This document shows, one piece after another, positions 1 through 13,960 of a stretch of DNA of 64,000 bases; the first letter of the stretch is position 1; each line of letters opens with the position of its first letter. Both the position numbers and the translations under genes were made by a program. Below the pieces are notes generated by a model, which did no database searches, had not been told where the DNA came from, and worked only from the letters and a program-made list of their open reading frames with translations. The stretch comes from the human T2T-CHM13v2.0 reference genome, Homo sapiens, in the NCBI GenBank assembly GCA_009914755.4, contig CP068257.2, positions 25,152,001-25,216,000 of the forward strand. Direction: 5' to 3'.

Positions 1-224
1 GGGAGATAAGGAGTTCAGTTTAAGACATGCTTATTTTGAAATGCTCTTAGACATTCAAGTAGAGATATCTAATTGGTAATTGAATAGAGGAGCCTAAATT
101 TCAGGGAAGAGTTTTCAGCTAGAGATATAAACTTAAAAGTTCTTGATATAATAATGATATTTACAGTGAGAAGACGGAAGGAATCATGAAGACAGTTAGT
201 GAAGATGCAGAAAAAGAAATACAC

Positions 225-507
225 TTTTTTTTTTTAAGACTGAGTCTTGCTCTGTCACCCAGGCTGCAGTGGCATGATCTTGGCTCACTACAACCTCCGT
301 CTCCCAGGTCCAAGTCATTCTCCTGCCTCAGCTTCCCGAGTAGCAGAGATTACAGGCACATGCCACCATGCCCAACTAATTCTTGTATTTTTAGTAGAGA
401 TGGGGTTTCACCATGTTGGCCAGGTCTCGAACTCCTGACCTCAAGTGATCTGCCCGCCTCAGCCTCCCAAAGTGCTGGGATTACAGGCGTGAGCAACGTG
501 CCTGGCC
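225..507 (-). mobile_element. Alu SINE, antisense orientation (poly-T 225-235 is the A-tail)
   Basis: Reverse complement of the Alu consensus is readable: gagtcttgctctgtcacccaggctg ... cctcagcctcccaaagtgctgggattacaggcgtgagc ... cctggcc. Leading T-run. Confidence 0.9.
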
Positions 508-514
508 AGAAAAA

Positions 515-1345
515 CACAATTTTAATTTTATTTATTTTTTCTTTTAAAAAATGTATGTTTCAGATTCAGGGGATACACTGTGCAGGTTTGTTACAAGAGT
601 ACATTGCATGATGCTGAGGTTTGGGCTTCTATTGATCCCATCACCCACATAGTGAACTTAGTACCTAACAGGGAGTTTTTTAGCCTTTGCTCCTTTCCCT
701 CCCTCCCTCCTTTTGGAGTTTCCAGTGTCTATTTTTTCCATCTTTATGTCCATGTGTACCCAGGGTCTAGCTCCCATTTTTAAGTGAGAACATGTCGCAT
801 TTGGTTTTCCATTTCTGCTTTAATTAGCTTAGGATAATGGCCTCCAGCTGCATCCATGGTGCTGCAAAATACACGACTTCATTTTTTATGGCTGCATAGT
901 ATTCCATGTTGTCTATGTACCACATTTTCCTTATTAAATCCACTGTTGACAGGCACCTAGGGTTGATTCCATGTCTTTGCTGTTGTGAATAGTGCTGCAG
1001 TGAACATAGGCGTTCACGTGTCTTTTTGGTAGAATAGTTTATCTTCCTTTGGGAATAGACCCAGTGATGGGATTGCTGGTCAAACAGCAGTTTTATTTTT
1101 GGTTCTTTGAGAAATCTCCCAATTGCTCTCCACAGTGGCTGAGCTAATTTACATTTCCACCAGCAGTGTATAGGCATTCTTTTTTCTCCACAGCCTTGCC
1201 AACATCTGTTATTTTTTGACTTTTTGAAAAATAATAACCATTCTGACTGGTGTGAGATGTTATCTCACTGTGGTTTTGATTTGCATTTCTCTCATGATTA
1301 GTGATATTGGGCATTTTTTCATATGTTAGTTTTGGCCACTAAGAC
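515..1345 (-). mobile_element. LINE-1 3' end (ORF2 C-terminus plus 3' UTR), 5'-truncated older L1P/L1M copy
   Basis: Minus-strand ORF 824..1177 translates to L1 ORF2p C-terminal motifs (CWW.CKL.QPLW..., MWYIDNMEYYAAIKNE). Antisense L1 3' UTR signature tgtgcaggtttgttac near 580-600. T-rich tail at 515-550. Confidence 0.85.
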
Positions 1346-3334
1346 ATAATTTTTAGAGATTAGGGATAGGAGACTGTGAAAGGATAGCCAGTAGGTAGGA
1401 GAAAATGAGAAATACGGTTCCTGGAAGCCAAGAAAAGACATACTTTCAAGGAGAAAGGTGTGATCCCATGTCAAATTCTACAGGTAGGCAAGTAAAATGA
1501 GGGCAATGGGTGACTGACTGTCAGTTTGTCTCTCGGGTCACGTTCCTAAAACTGCTTAAGAAAGGGCCAGTAGAGAAACGGATTTAAGAAGTGCGAATAA
1601 TTTGCCGGTACATTTATCTGTTGTGTCCCAGAGTGGCTTCGCCTCATAAGGGTGTGTGAAGCCACGCTGGGATTTTCTTCCTTCCTCACAGTTCCAGGAG
1701 GGACCCGCCCAAAGTTTAGTTCAGAAGGATGGCTTTCTCCTGAAAAGAACTTTCCTTTGTTCGAAGATACATGTTTCTCCATCAGTGTCTCCAAACAAAC
1801 CCTAAAGATTCATGACAGGGGAGCAGGATTTCTTCCAAGACCTCTATGTAACTTCTCAACCACCACAATGGGCCTCTGTCGGGTCTTTAGGGGAGATGAG
1901 AAACGTCCCCCCCTCAAAAAAAGGGTTATGCACTTGTGTTTTTTCAAGCTGTCATTAAAAAAAATGTAAGCATTTAATAAGCAGCTACAAAGCAATTACA
2001 GACTGAAAGCCACCTCTTTATAAAGCAGCAGCCATAAAGACAATGGACACTGTGTAATGACAAAGCAACAGCTGCAAGATTCACGGGGAACAAGGAGGGC
2101 CATGCACATAAAGCATAAAGCGGCTGGAAAGTGTGGGTGCTGCTGTGCGTGGTTGGAGGGGGCCGTGGAGAGGCTTTATGAAAAAGGAGGGGGAAGGCAG
2201 GCTGCCAAAAGAGTTCTTTCTCTAGAGATAGCTAGAAAGAGAACATAAATAAACAGTGACTCATTCTGTGTGATGCTATAAACCTTGTCCAGCAGACCTT
2301 ATTTACGTAGGAGAGAGGACTCTGATGACTCCAGTTGTTTGGGAGAATACGGAAGAACTATTGGATTGAGCCTTAATTTGACTCAGGTTACCAGTCCCTA
2401 AGACTGCCAGTTTTACTTTCTTTGGGAAATTTTAGGAAGAAAGCAAAATGCACGTAGGACAAATAGAGACTAATGTGAGATGATGACAATATCCAGAAAT
2501 TCATATTTAACTTTTCAAGGAACTGCTTATCAAACCTATTTCTAAATCTTTGAAACACATGGGATTTCTAGTTGAAGATTTCTGAACAAAGTCAACTGTC
2601 TCTTTTATTCAGTCAAATAAATCATAAGCAAATTAGACACTAACCGACACTGTGCTCTTAATACAATCATCCACAACATATTTCCTGTCTATTTCTGTAT
2701 CTGTCTATTTATCTCTCCATTCATTTATCATATATGTAAAAGATTGGAGAACATTTTGACATTTCCCTATACAAATAAATGCAGCCTATATTTCTGCTTG
2801 TTTCAGAGTTTCTCCATGAAACTACCTCAGAAATAGATTCTCCAGTTTGCACAAATAAGAAATCAAATCATAATTACATATGCTCTTTTCTGCTGATATT
2901 TATTTGGTGTTTTCATATGTCAACATTTAAAAAATGACAGCTCTTTTTCTTCCAGACTTATCAAGAGATTTTCCTTCTTTGGCCTAAATTCTTTCTTACA
3001 ATGGTACAAGATTTAAGAAGAAAAAATTCACAAATACGTCCTGATGTCTACTCACTGGTTTACTGGTTTAGGGCTGATAGTGGCATTTCTTTTCTAGAAA
3101 ACTGAAATTACACAGCAATTCAAGAAAGGACCACAATGGTTAGAGGCGAAATTCCTTTTCCAGGAAAGAAGCAGGACAGTACTGGCAAAGTGTGTCAACC
3201 TGGCTTTGCCCAGATTTGGAGCATGAATCAAGTCACACAGTGTGGCTTCTGTGTGCTCTACCCACTCCAACTATGAACTGATGTTTAAAATTTGACATAG
3301 AAATCATGTTAACAATGCAAAGAGTCTTGATGAG

Positions 3335-3560
3335 AACACATGGAGACATAGAGGGGTAGAGGGGAACAACACACACTGGGGCCTTTTGGAGGGTGGAGGG
3401 TGGGAGTAGAAAGAAGATCAGGAAAAATAACTAATGAGTACTAGGCTTAATACCTGGATGATGAAATGATTTGTACAGCAAACCCCCATGACGCAAGTTT
3501 ACCTGTGTAACAACCCTGCACATGTACCCCTGCACTTTAAAGTTTTTTTAAAGCAAAACT
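3335..3560 (+). mobile_element. LINE-1 3' UTR fragment (sense)
   Basis: aatgagtactaggcttaatacctggatgatgaaatgatttgtacagcaaacccccatgacgcaagtttacctgtgtaacaaccctgcacatgtacccctgcactttaaag matches the L1 3' terminal consensus. Confidence 0.7.
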
Positions 3561-3631
3561 CAACAAAAGTCCTAAAAATTACACAGCATCAAGGGAGTAA
3601 TAGTTTTAAACCCTGAAAAGCTTAGTGATTT

Positions 3632-3925
3632 TCTTTTTTCTTTTTCTAGAGACAGGGTCTTGTTCTGTTGCCCAGGCTAAAATGCAGTGGCATTAACAGC
3701 TCACAGCAGGTTCTAACTCCCAGACTGAAAGGATCCTCCCATCTAACTCTCCCCAGTAGCTGGGACTAGAGGTGTGTGCTACCACACCCCCCGCCCTTTT
3801 TTTTTCTCTTTAGAGATGGGGTTTTCCTATGTTTTCCAGGTGGTCTCAAACACCTGGCCTCAAGTGATCCTCTCACCCCAGACTCCCAAAGTTCTGAGAT
3901 TAAAGGCGTGAGTCACTATGCCCAA
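3632..3925 (-). mobile_element. Alu SINE (older, AluJ/S-like), antisense
   Basis: T-rich start then gagacagggtcttgttctgttgcccaggct ... cctcccatctaactctccccagtagctgggact ... ctcccaaagttctgagattaaaggcgtgagtcac. Dimeric Alu structure. Confidence 0.85.
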
Positions 3926-4509
3926 TCTGATGATTTTCTTGTTTCTTGATTTTCTTTTATTCTTGTAGGCCAGTTACTGCCAAGTTGTGCTATCTCTACT
4001 GCTTGACAAGGTAGTAGCAGGGATATACTATTCTATCTTAAGAAACAGTGGACTGGAAATCTATAAACTATTCCTTTGAGCTTTTATTATTTGTCACTTT
4101 TTTGTGCCGAGCATGAGCCCTAACCTGACATAGACTCACCCACAGATGCCTACACAGCAATATACGTAAACACACACCCACTCGCACATACACACCGTCC
4201 ACAGGAAAGTGTCACAGACTCCAATCAATCCACATTTCCCATGTCCACTGTTTCTCTGGCCCGAACCATCATCATCCTGCAGTACTGCCTGGTGAAGTGT
4301 GTGGTTCCCACAGTCAGACTGATGTGGTTTGAATGACAGTTAAACCAACCCGCCAAGGGTTGCTTGGGCGGGTTGCTTCCCCTTGCTCCTCTGCTCAACG
4401 TTGTTAGTTTTAGCGCCTGCCTGAAAAGATTTGTGAAGACGAAGCTAATTCATGTAAAGTGTTTAACATAGGTGATGCTTAAGAAATATCACCTCTCATT
4501 ATTGGAATG

Positions 4510-5006
4510 TGTATTGGTTTCCTACTGATGCTGAAACAAAGTGTCACAAACTTAATCGCTTACAACAACACAAATTTATTATCTTACAGTTCTGTAGGTC
4601 AGAAGTCTGATGTGGGTCTCACTGGGCTAAAATCAAGATGTTAGCAGGAGTACATTTACTTCTGGAAGCTCCAAGGGAGAATCCATTTCCTTGCCTTTTT
4701 CAGATTCTAGAGACCACCCACATTCCTTGACTCACGGCCCCCTTCCTCCATTTTCAAAGCAGCAACACTGCATCTCTCTGATCCATCTTCCATCATCTTT
4801 CTAATCACAGTTCGTAGAGGTTTTCTGGGACTTGTGTAACTACATTGAACCTTCTAGAATTATCTAGGTTAACCTCAAGGTCCATAACCTTAATCACATC
4901 TGCAAAGTCCCTTTTCTCTTGAAGATAACATATTCAGAGCCTCCAGGTTTGGGACATGGTGGACATCTTTGTCCGGAAGGATATTATTCTGCTTACCACA
5001 CAGGGA
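4510..5006 (+). mobile_element. Ancient LTR-like interspersed repeat (ERVL/MaLR-type solo LTR; family uncertain)
   Basis: tattggtttcctactgatgctgaaacaaagtgtcacaaacttaatcgcttacaacaacacaaatttattatcttacagttctgtaggtcagaagtc ... cttaatcacatctgcaaagtccc resembles a recurrent mammalian LTR consensus. Family call is from memory only. Confidence 0.45.
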
Positions 5007-8000
5007 GTGTTACTGATTATAAATCTGTATGAAAAATGTGAATGCATCTTCATTGGATTGGCTGTCCCATGTGTTTCTATCCATTAACTCCTCCATTAAC
5101 ATCATGTTCTGATAGGGCAGGCTCTATGGTGATCAAGTCCATGCATGCATGAAACTGGAAACCTCATGGAGTTGTCCCACCATCATGGCGCAAAAAGCAC
5201 AGCAAATTATTTTAAACTAGCCTTTGATACGGAACAGATACATACAATGATAAGATCTAGATATTGAACATTCACTTATTTGCTTTTTCAATCACTCAAC
5301 AAATATTTATCAAGTGCTTAACATGAAAAAGCCACTCCACAAAAGGAAATCTCAATTTCTGGCAAGCTTTCAAAGCTATAAACTATGACATCATCCTTTC
5401 TCAAACAAACCAACCATTATAAACATCCCAGAATAGGCTTTATGAAGCCTTCTCTGGAGAAGGGCTCTTAACCTAGGGCATGTGCAGAGGCTCCAGTAGT
5501 CTGGGATTTCCTGTTAACCGCATGACAAATTGTGCATGTCTGTGTGTTTGGGGGGCAGGGGAGAAGGTCCATTGTTTTCATCTAGTTCAAAAAGGGGTCT
5601 ATAATCCACCGAAGGTTAAGCGTGGCAGCTCCAGGGTATCACTGTTTAGGATGCTAAAGACCTTACTGCCCAGTTTCTCCATTTCGCTCCAGAAACTTTC
5701 CGTGAAACTAAGCAAATGGTATTAAGTACTTGGGCTCACCCCTTGAGTTACTGACACACCATCACATCCCTTGCTTTTCTGCTTCTCTCTGCTCACTTAT
5801 TACCCTACTAATGAGCGCAGATACCTCTGCTTAACTATGTTCTGTGTGACAAAGGAAGATTAAGAGTTAGACAATGGCAGAACTTGAATATCAGTTCTTC
5901 AAGTTCTAAAATCTCCTTTCCTTTTCCTACCCTGAACAATTCCTATTTTGATAGTCCCATTCCCTCTATTATCTACATCCAGTTATATACTATAAATCAT
6001 GTGTGAAGAGAAGGTATGAAAACCTTCTGGGAAGAGGATTGTATTTAAACCTAGGACCTGTCCTTCCCACATCAAAAAAATAAATAAATAAAATCAACTG
6101 AAAAAGGAAGTAAACAAAGTGATATGCTTCTACATAGATTGAATAAAGAACCACACCTTTCTGCTGCCCTCTTTCCAAAGCAGTGTGTTTGAAAAAGCAT
6201 TACTTCTTTCAGAGTACAACACTTGATTCCTCTAGGTCAAGGGCAACCGTGGGTGGTTTGGGCTGTGCTCACATTTAGGAATGCCTCCAGTTCAGGCTCT
6301 GCAGACCTACTGCCTTAACTCTTTACTGCTCTTTCCTCCCCCCTGATTCCAAGAAAAGCACGAGGACAAAACATTGAGTCCCATTTCTGAATATTTCAGT
6401 TGTTCTGTGTGGAAGGTGCTGCCACCCTTTCCAGGCCACCCTTCTCCCATCAGATTGCAGAGCAGCCCTGACTGATCTTGAAGAGTCACTCCCAGGCCCT
6501 TGGATAGCTCACCCTGCGGAAGTCTCAAAGTGGGTGGCAAGTGGGTGATATGCCTTACGGAGATGTGTATGTAAGTCTATGCACTCATACACAGTGTACA
6601 TGGTTGTGAGCTGAGCCCATTTATGGTTTTGGTATGTGTTCTTTGTTTCATCACTTAAAAGAGTGTCCCTTGTCTCTCCTTCCCAGTCTCAATGGTCCCA
6701 TTACTCATTAAATCCCTTCCCATATACCTAACCCCATCTACCTGCATTTCCTGGGCATGACGTGAGCAGAAACTATGTCTTCATCTGTTGATTTTATGTC
6801 TTAAAATCCATTTAATTTTGCTGGGCTGGTGGTACCAGGAGCAGATAGAATGAGGGAGACAGAATGAGTTAGAAGTTAGCTAGAGCTGGGTTTCTAAGTG
6901 ACCTCATTGAAGAGGATGAACATAATAAATATGTAAAATATCTGTGATTTTATAGCACTTTGGGGTTGTATAAATAAAAGAGTAAACTATACACTGCATT
7001 TTTAATTAGGAATTGAGTGTCCACATTGAATGGATTCATTTTTATACAGGACTTTAGATCCATTAGATGATCTCTGCTTACTGCCTCGTCTGTCTGCAGG
7101 ATCACATGATCACACATGATGTTACTTTTATTTTAATCCATTCGGAAAGTTTCCAGGAGACTGAGAAAGAGAAAATGCTCATCGGGGAGTTTACTCAACA
7201 TTGCCTAGTTTTGTTATCCATAGAAAATAGACTGGTGGAAGTGGCCCGCAAAGTACACAACCAGGTCAGGGTCCCACGCTCTGTTCAAATTCTGTTTTCT
7301 CGTTAGCAGCCTTCACATGACAGAGCCCTGGAGAAGGACAGCACTTGAGCAACTTTCAACTATCGCAGCATCTGCTAAGAGCCAGAGAGAGACTTGAGGA
7401 GAAAACGACTGTGAAACAAGGATGCAATGATCTCAAATTAAAAACAGTTACATGATTAAGGCAGTGGCCCGCTTACCACAGCCTCAGGACACACTGGAAA
7501 GCTTCAGCCATTCATTACCATTCACATGTTTTGTCCAAATGGCAAAACGTTTAGGAAGAAAATGTTAAGGTTCCAAATTCTAAAATACTTTTTCCTACAT
7601 TGTTCAATTCCTGATTTGAAATAGTAGAAGGGGGAAAAACATTTCAGCTGAAACTGAATGCATTGGCAAGCTAGAGATTATCAAAAGAGGGAGAATGAAG
7701 AGAATTTTTTACAGGCACTGGTGGAGAGAATTATGCAACTTCCCACTACGCAAACTTTTGTAATTGTAAATTCTGCTACCTTTTAAGGAGAAAATACCAT
7801 CAGCCTGCAACTTGAGAGCTTTTATGAGAACCAGGAAAGGGATTTTCCTTCACTCACATCTGTCTTCATTTGCTGAGTGTATGCTGCAGATTTCATGCTG
7901 GTTAGCTCAGTCTAAGAAGTAGAAGACAACTAGCATTAAATCAAGCAAATGCATGTGTCCTTATTTTTAAAAATTACATGAAAACAAGGCTTGCCTTGGA

Positions 8001-8689
8001 CTATATGGTCTATTTTTCCCAATAGCAAAAGGTAAGAAAGTCAATATAAGCAAATTCACAGGATTGAAGTAGAGACTTTTCCCCATTTATGTGGGTGAAA
8101 CAAAGGATTATCTTTCAAGGACGTTTCTAGACATCTTTACACGTTTACATTTTTATATAGATAAGGATATATACCATTAAAATGTGCATGGATTTTTTAT
8201 TTTGGCTTCTTCCATACTCAGGCATTTAGTATCGTGGAATCATAGAAACTTTGGTTTTATGATGATTTCAGCAGGATCTCAAACATGTTTTTAAAAATCA
8301 CTTCTTTCAGATAATCCACATCACGAACTTTGCTCTTTGATTTTATCTGTGCATCAATATTTGCTAATCACTAAATTTTCTAAACTAAGATATCAATATT
8401 TCCAACAGGAATTTATCTGTTAACACAGGATACATGACAGATTGAGAGAACCATGTACATACAATTTATCTTTGGTGAATATTCCACAGACTTTATTTTC
8501 TCAGGTAATTTTTTTTCCCAATTAGACCATTCTTAACATGCTGACCACTAGAATGAAAAGTGAAAACTTGAATCAATGAACAAATACCAAATCTTGGGAA
8601 CCATGATAACCCAAACACAAATCCCTGTGGATTGAAGGCCTGTATAGGAAGGGGTGAGATGGTTGTGGGGATGCAGCTATTAATTATGA

Positions 8690-8985
<296 letters not shown>

Positions 8986-9869
8986 CCTGAAGACTCTTCT
9001 TAAGGGAATGTAATTTCTTTGTAGAAATGAAATATCATGTAATATAAAATTGGCAATATAATCTGAGTTCTAATATTACAGTTTTGGTTGTTATATTTAA
9101 TATTTTTAACATGATTATACATCTTTGAATCTAACAAATATGCCTAATTGAAGAATAATTTGTACAGTTCTCTATTTGATGTGGCATCACTTTAATTCTG
9201 AAATTCAAGAAATATCTTAGAACATTTGTAAAAATCAGCAGTTACGTTAACAATAATACAAGTAAGAAATCTCTCCTTGGCCCTGCCCTGCCTCCCCTGA
9301 TCCCCATCTCCCTTCATTCGTGCCTTGTTTTCTTATCCTTCTTTTGCTCCTTCCTTCCCAACTTGAGCATAAACCTGCTTCTTAGTTGCTTTCTGTATTG
9401 GGGGAAACCTTTTGCTGTTTTCTGGAAGCAACAAATCCTTCTTAATTTGACAGGGTATTGTTGAGCCTGGAAGCAGCAGACAGTATTGTGTACCTGCCTT
9501 TATTAATCTGGGTACACATTTTAGAAGCTGCTTGGGTAATATCATGTGGGTTCCCTTTCATTTCCTTTCTTGGCTTGCCTTATCTCACAGTTCCACCCTT
9601 TGCCATGAATGTCTTCTCCTAACTTAGAAAAGAATATCTCATAAGACAGAAATAAACATGAAGGCAAAAGAGAAGAATAATTTTTGGAGTGACGTATTTT
9701 AGCCAATTTTTTTTCATCTCTAACTGTAGTTTCTGAGATTCCTCCTGCTCCCAATTTTTAGAATCCATTCTTTTCTTTTGTATCACATATAGCATTGATT
9801 GCACAATTTTTAAATAATTACAGACAATTATGTGGTATTTCAGTGTGTCGGGCACAGATCTAATAATAA

Positions 9870-10060
9870 CATTCAATCCTCACAACAGCTTTACGGTTAC
9901 TGCCTTCACTTTACAGATGAGGAAACTGGGGCTTGCGTATGTTAATTCTTACTCAAGGTCAGTCCGTTAATAAGAGATGGAGCTCAGAATCGTACTAAGT
10001 TGCTGAAACAGCTGAGTCTCTGCTATTAACTGCTCCTCCTTGATAATGACTTGCCCAAGA
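9870..10060 (+). mobile_element. MIR SINE fragment
   Basis: Core cactttacagatgaggaaactggggct ... ctcaaggtcag matches the MIR core (ttacagatgaggaaactgaggc...cccaaggtcac). Confidence 0.55.
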
Positions 10061-10127
10061 TAATGCAGCAATCAATAGATTAGACATTGTATCAGGAGTC
10101 TATGGCTTCTCTTATTGGATTAGTTCC

Positions 10128-10491
10128 TGATATGGTTTGGCTCTGTGCCTCCACCAAAATCTCATGTTGAATTGTAATTCCCAGTGTTCGGGCAGGGAGC
10201 TGGTAGGAGGTGATTGGATTATGGGGACGGATTTCTCCCTTGCTGTTCTCGTGGTAGTGAGTGAGTTCTCATGATATCTGTTTGTTTAGACGTGTGTAGC
10301 ACCACCCCCTTTGCTCGCTTCCTCCTGCTCCAGCCATGTGGACATGCCTCCTTAGTCTTCGCCTTCTGCCATGATTGTAAATTTCCTGAGGCCTTCCCAG
10401 CCATGCTTCCAGTACAGCCTGTGGAACTGTGAGCCAGTTAAACCTCTTTTCTTTATAAACTACCCAGTTCTTTATAGCAATGTGAGAACAG
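10128..10491 (+). mobile_element. ERVL-MaLR solo LTR (THE1/MST family)
   Basis: tgatatggtttggctctgtgcc.ccaccaaaatctcatgttgaattgtaattcccag ... ccagccatgtgga ... gccatgattgtaaa ... tgtggaactgtgagccagttaaacctcttttctttataaactacccagt ... gcaatgtgagaacag is the THE1/MST LTR consensus with start and end motifs. Confidence 0.85.
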
Positions 10492-13276
10492 TTCCCTTTA
10501 AAGTTTGTGAATTTGAGGCTTTTAGCATTATCTATTACACAATTAATGGCTTGTTTTTTTTTCCTCCAAAATGACCAAATTAAGAGTAACTCTGTAGACC
10601 TTTGATGCTATCCAAAAATCTCTTTAGAGACTCTTGGTTAGGAAATTGTGCTTATAATCCCTTGGCTTCCCTTTTCTTGGTAGGAAGATAAACTCCTGGG
10701 AAACACACTTAGGCATGTATTTAATGAACTAAATTACTGCTAAGTGTTATAAAATGTAATGCCTAAAAGAATTAATGTACTCAGTCTTGACCCACCTAAG
10801 TTATTCACCTCTAGTCCCTGGTTGAATATTAGACATGTAGGAAAGGCTCAATTAATTCTGAATGAATGAAACGACTCAGATTCACTCAAGGAAGCAACTT
10901 TGGTGTAGTTCTATGTGTTAGAAAGCCTAAGTTCATGAATGGGATAAAATGAGGTATGACAGACTGAATACCTAACCACCTACTGTGGAGCTGTGCAGAG
11001 AACGAAGGCTCCTGAGCACCTGATGGACAAAACTCATGTCCCATTCCCCCTCCACCTAAGATGCCTTTGCTCTGTTGACTTGGCCTATCATTTTTAGTCG
11101 GCCAAGGGAATTGAATCAATGCCAACAACTTCTGCCAAAAGGCAGCAGTGAACTTCAAAATATTTATCAATTAGTACAGGGTGCGCCTCAACCAGTCAGA
11201 ATCGGCACTGGCTGTAAACCTGCACAGCTGTACTGGGGCTTACCTGCTGAAAATCAGCACTGCTTGTAAGCCCTGCAATCTCAAATCTTCCTAGAGGCCC
11301 ATGGGTTTCTAAGAAGCTCCTCTCATTGCTATGAAAAGATCTAGCCCCTATACACATTTTTTTAACCATCCATTTTAGAAAAATTCCTGGGAAATTTGTC
11401 AGAATCTGTGTAATCATCATTAATTTAGCAATTCTCAAAGGTAACCCAGAGTTCATCCAGCTGCAGCTTATTCCATTGATCACAATAATCCACCCCACCC
11501 AGAACTTTCCTCATGAAAGGAATCTTCTTGGAGTGGCCATCTGGATCGTGTTATCCTAATCAGAGTGTAGAGAGCATACAAGGTGCAGACACTCTTTCCA
11601 CTGAAGAGTCAGGCTCACTCATTCTTGGATGTGCTTCCCCCTTTCCTTTCACTTCCCTCTTTCTTTCTTTTATCTCCACTGGAGAGGTATTGGATGATTT
11701 ACTGACATTAAAAAATAAGACTATAATAAATTTTATTTTCTCTGAGTAATGCGCACTTCTGAAAACTGCCACCCCCATTTCTACACATTAGGCCTGGAGT
11801 GGAGGTGAGGGGTGGCCTAAACTAAAAACAAAAACCTTCCCACTTGCAGATAATTGTTTAATGGGCAAAAGCTTCAGCTCATTCTTGGATTTTCCATATT
11901 GCAAACCGGTGGCCCCAAATTTAGTTTATAGCTTTTCTCTATGCTTTATTTCCAGGCATTTGTATGCACAGATCTATATACTTTCCCATGACCATATAAA
12001 TGAAAAGCTTTCATTATCAATATAGTACAGTGAAAATGAAAGCACAAAGTTACGGGCAAACATGGACTGACCACTGGGGTATTAAAACATTTCTAACAAA
12101 ATCTCTAAAGCCATTGAATTTTGATTTTTTTAATTTATAACCTAGATAAAGGATGAAAACTAGCATTTATCAAATGGCCAAGTCAGTTAACATATTATTT
12201 TTATCCACACTTCTATTGTCCTTCCATAAAAATGAAATAATTAAAAGGCAATAAATGCAGATATAGTGTTCCGTATTTCAAACTAGCATCCAAAGTAATT
12301 ATTGAGTGTTTGATCTTTGCTCTGTACCAGTATGATGAATCAACTAATGAATCAACAAATTGCAAAACAGGAAATCTATATTTCTGTCAGTTGAGGAACA
12401 GGTAGATAGTTTATTTAGAATAATAGAATATTTTCCAAAATATCAATTTAGAATCCAATAGGCTACAAATTAAGAGAAAACCAAAGCAGTGGCTTAAAGA
12501 AGTAAAAGATTTTCTGATATATCAAAAAATCCAGAAGCTGACAATCAAGGGTTCTTGCAGGTGTCAAGGGAGCCATCATGGAACCAGGCTCCCTCAATTA
12601 TCTTCTACTGCTTTTGATCTCATGGCCACAAAATAGCTACAGCAACTCCAGCCATCACATTCTCATTCTAGGCAGACAGAATAGTTTTGGCAAGTGTAAA
12701 ATGCCAAAGTTTTCTTCTCACTATATTTTACCATTCTTATTTGAGAAGAATTCTGCATGTCTCATTGGCCAAAACCATTTTATATGGTCAACCCCTATCA
12801 GCAAGGGAGAATGAAAATTTTATTTTAAATTTTGGTAAAGAGGAGTAAATGAATTTGGAACAGTGGTTGAAAATAAACTAACTCACAATATTTGTCACGT
12901 ATGCTTCTGACCAACAAATAGACAGCTCTTTATGGATATAATATGTGTTTCCTCAGACCACAAAGGTTTTGAAGCAAGAATATGAGTCACAATAAGTCAC
13001 CGTGAGTGTTTGTTTCTTTGACTCTTCCCCTTCCTCATGGTCTTCCAGACCTACAGAAACCTTCATCGTCCCTCTTAAATATTTCTGGAAGTCCCCAGAG
13101 GATGTCTTTTGCGTACTCATAAACTCAGCTCTGATAGATACTATATGTGCCCATATTTTCTTTCTGCCTGAACTGGCTTCATACAGTAATCAGAGTGGAG
13201 GCATCGATATGTCTGAAAGCCACAGTTAACACTACTATATTGTTTCCTGTTGCTGCTGTTGTAGGTGAGATCATCC

Positions 13277-13279
<3 letters not shown>

Positions 13280-13307
<28 letters not shown>
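13280..13307 (+). repeat. poly(A) run (28 nt)
   Basis: cctgta + 28 A + gccact. Confidence 0.95.
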
Positions 13308-13309
<2 letters not shown>

Positions 13310-13770
13310 CACTCTCTGCAAAAGCTGTCTTGCTGCACTCAAACCCATAACCTATCTAATGGAAGCTAGAGTTACTGAAGTCCATGTGGTGAAGCCATAC
13401 TGTAGACGTGGTCAGTATTGCCTCTCAGCTTTGAATTCCATGGGTCATATCTTCCACATTTGGTGCTCTCTGTTCCTGGGAGAATTTGGTTGGAAAAGTC
13501 CTTTTCATTTCTATTTTGTTCTACTCCATAGAGCTCAAGCAAAATGGCTTAGTGCTGGAAAAAGGACCCCACACGAGACGTGCCATATTCAAATTTACCC
13601 TCCCTTCAGTTATTGGGATATTTTCATCAGGCCAATCTCATAGGCTTTGCATTTTATTTGTGGATGACTTTTTAAAAATCTTATGGAGCTCTTACACAAG
13701 CTTTGCATAGATACTTGACACCCACTGGTTTATTTAAATCAATGGATAAATTCAGTTTAGGCTGCCAAGC

Positions 13771-13960
13771 TGGCATTACTAGACCAAAGGTAATATTACT
13801 AGACCAAAGGTAATTCATGCTAAGTTCAGTATATCTGCCTTCATCTTAACCCTATCCACAGCCATCCCCTCCTATTCATATTTCAGGTTGTCGGAATTCA
13901 AACTGGTCTTACTATCCATATGTTAGGTTGTCAAAATTCAAACTGGTTTTACTATTCAAA
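13771..13960. repeat. Two short local tandem duplications (about 18-bp unit x2; about 38-bp unit x2.5)
   Basis: tactagaccaaaggtaat repeated at 13771-13810. aggttgtc(g/a)(g/a)aattcaaactggt(c/t)ttactat(c/t)ca repeated at 13885-13960. Confidence 0.7.

Noticed and set aside
186-611. ORFs 186..611, 247..438, 20985..21170, 33062..33256, 47291..47636, 55097..55348 with recurring peptides such as [27 protein letters not shown]
   Set aside because: These are the well-known spurious reading frames through Alu elements (both orientations).
824-1177. 117-aa ORF with reverse-transcriptase-like C-terminal residues
   Set aside because: It is the ORF2 tail of a truncated L1 copy (annotated as a mobile element), not a host gene.
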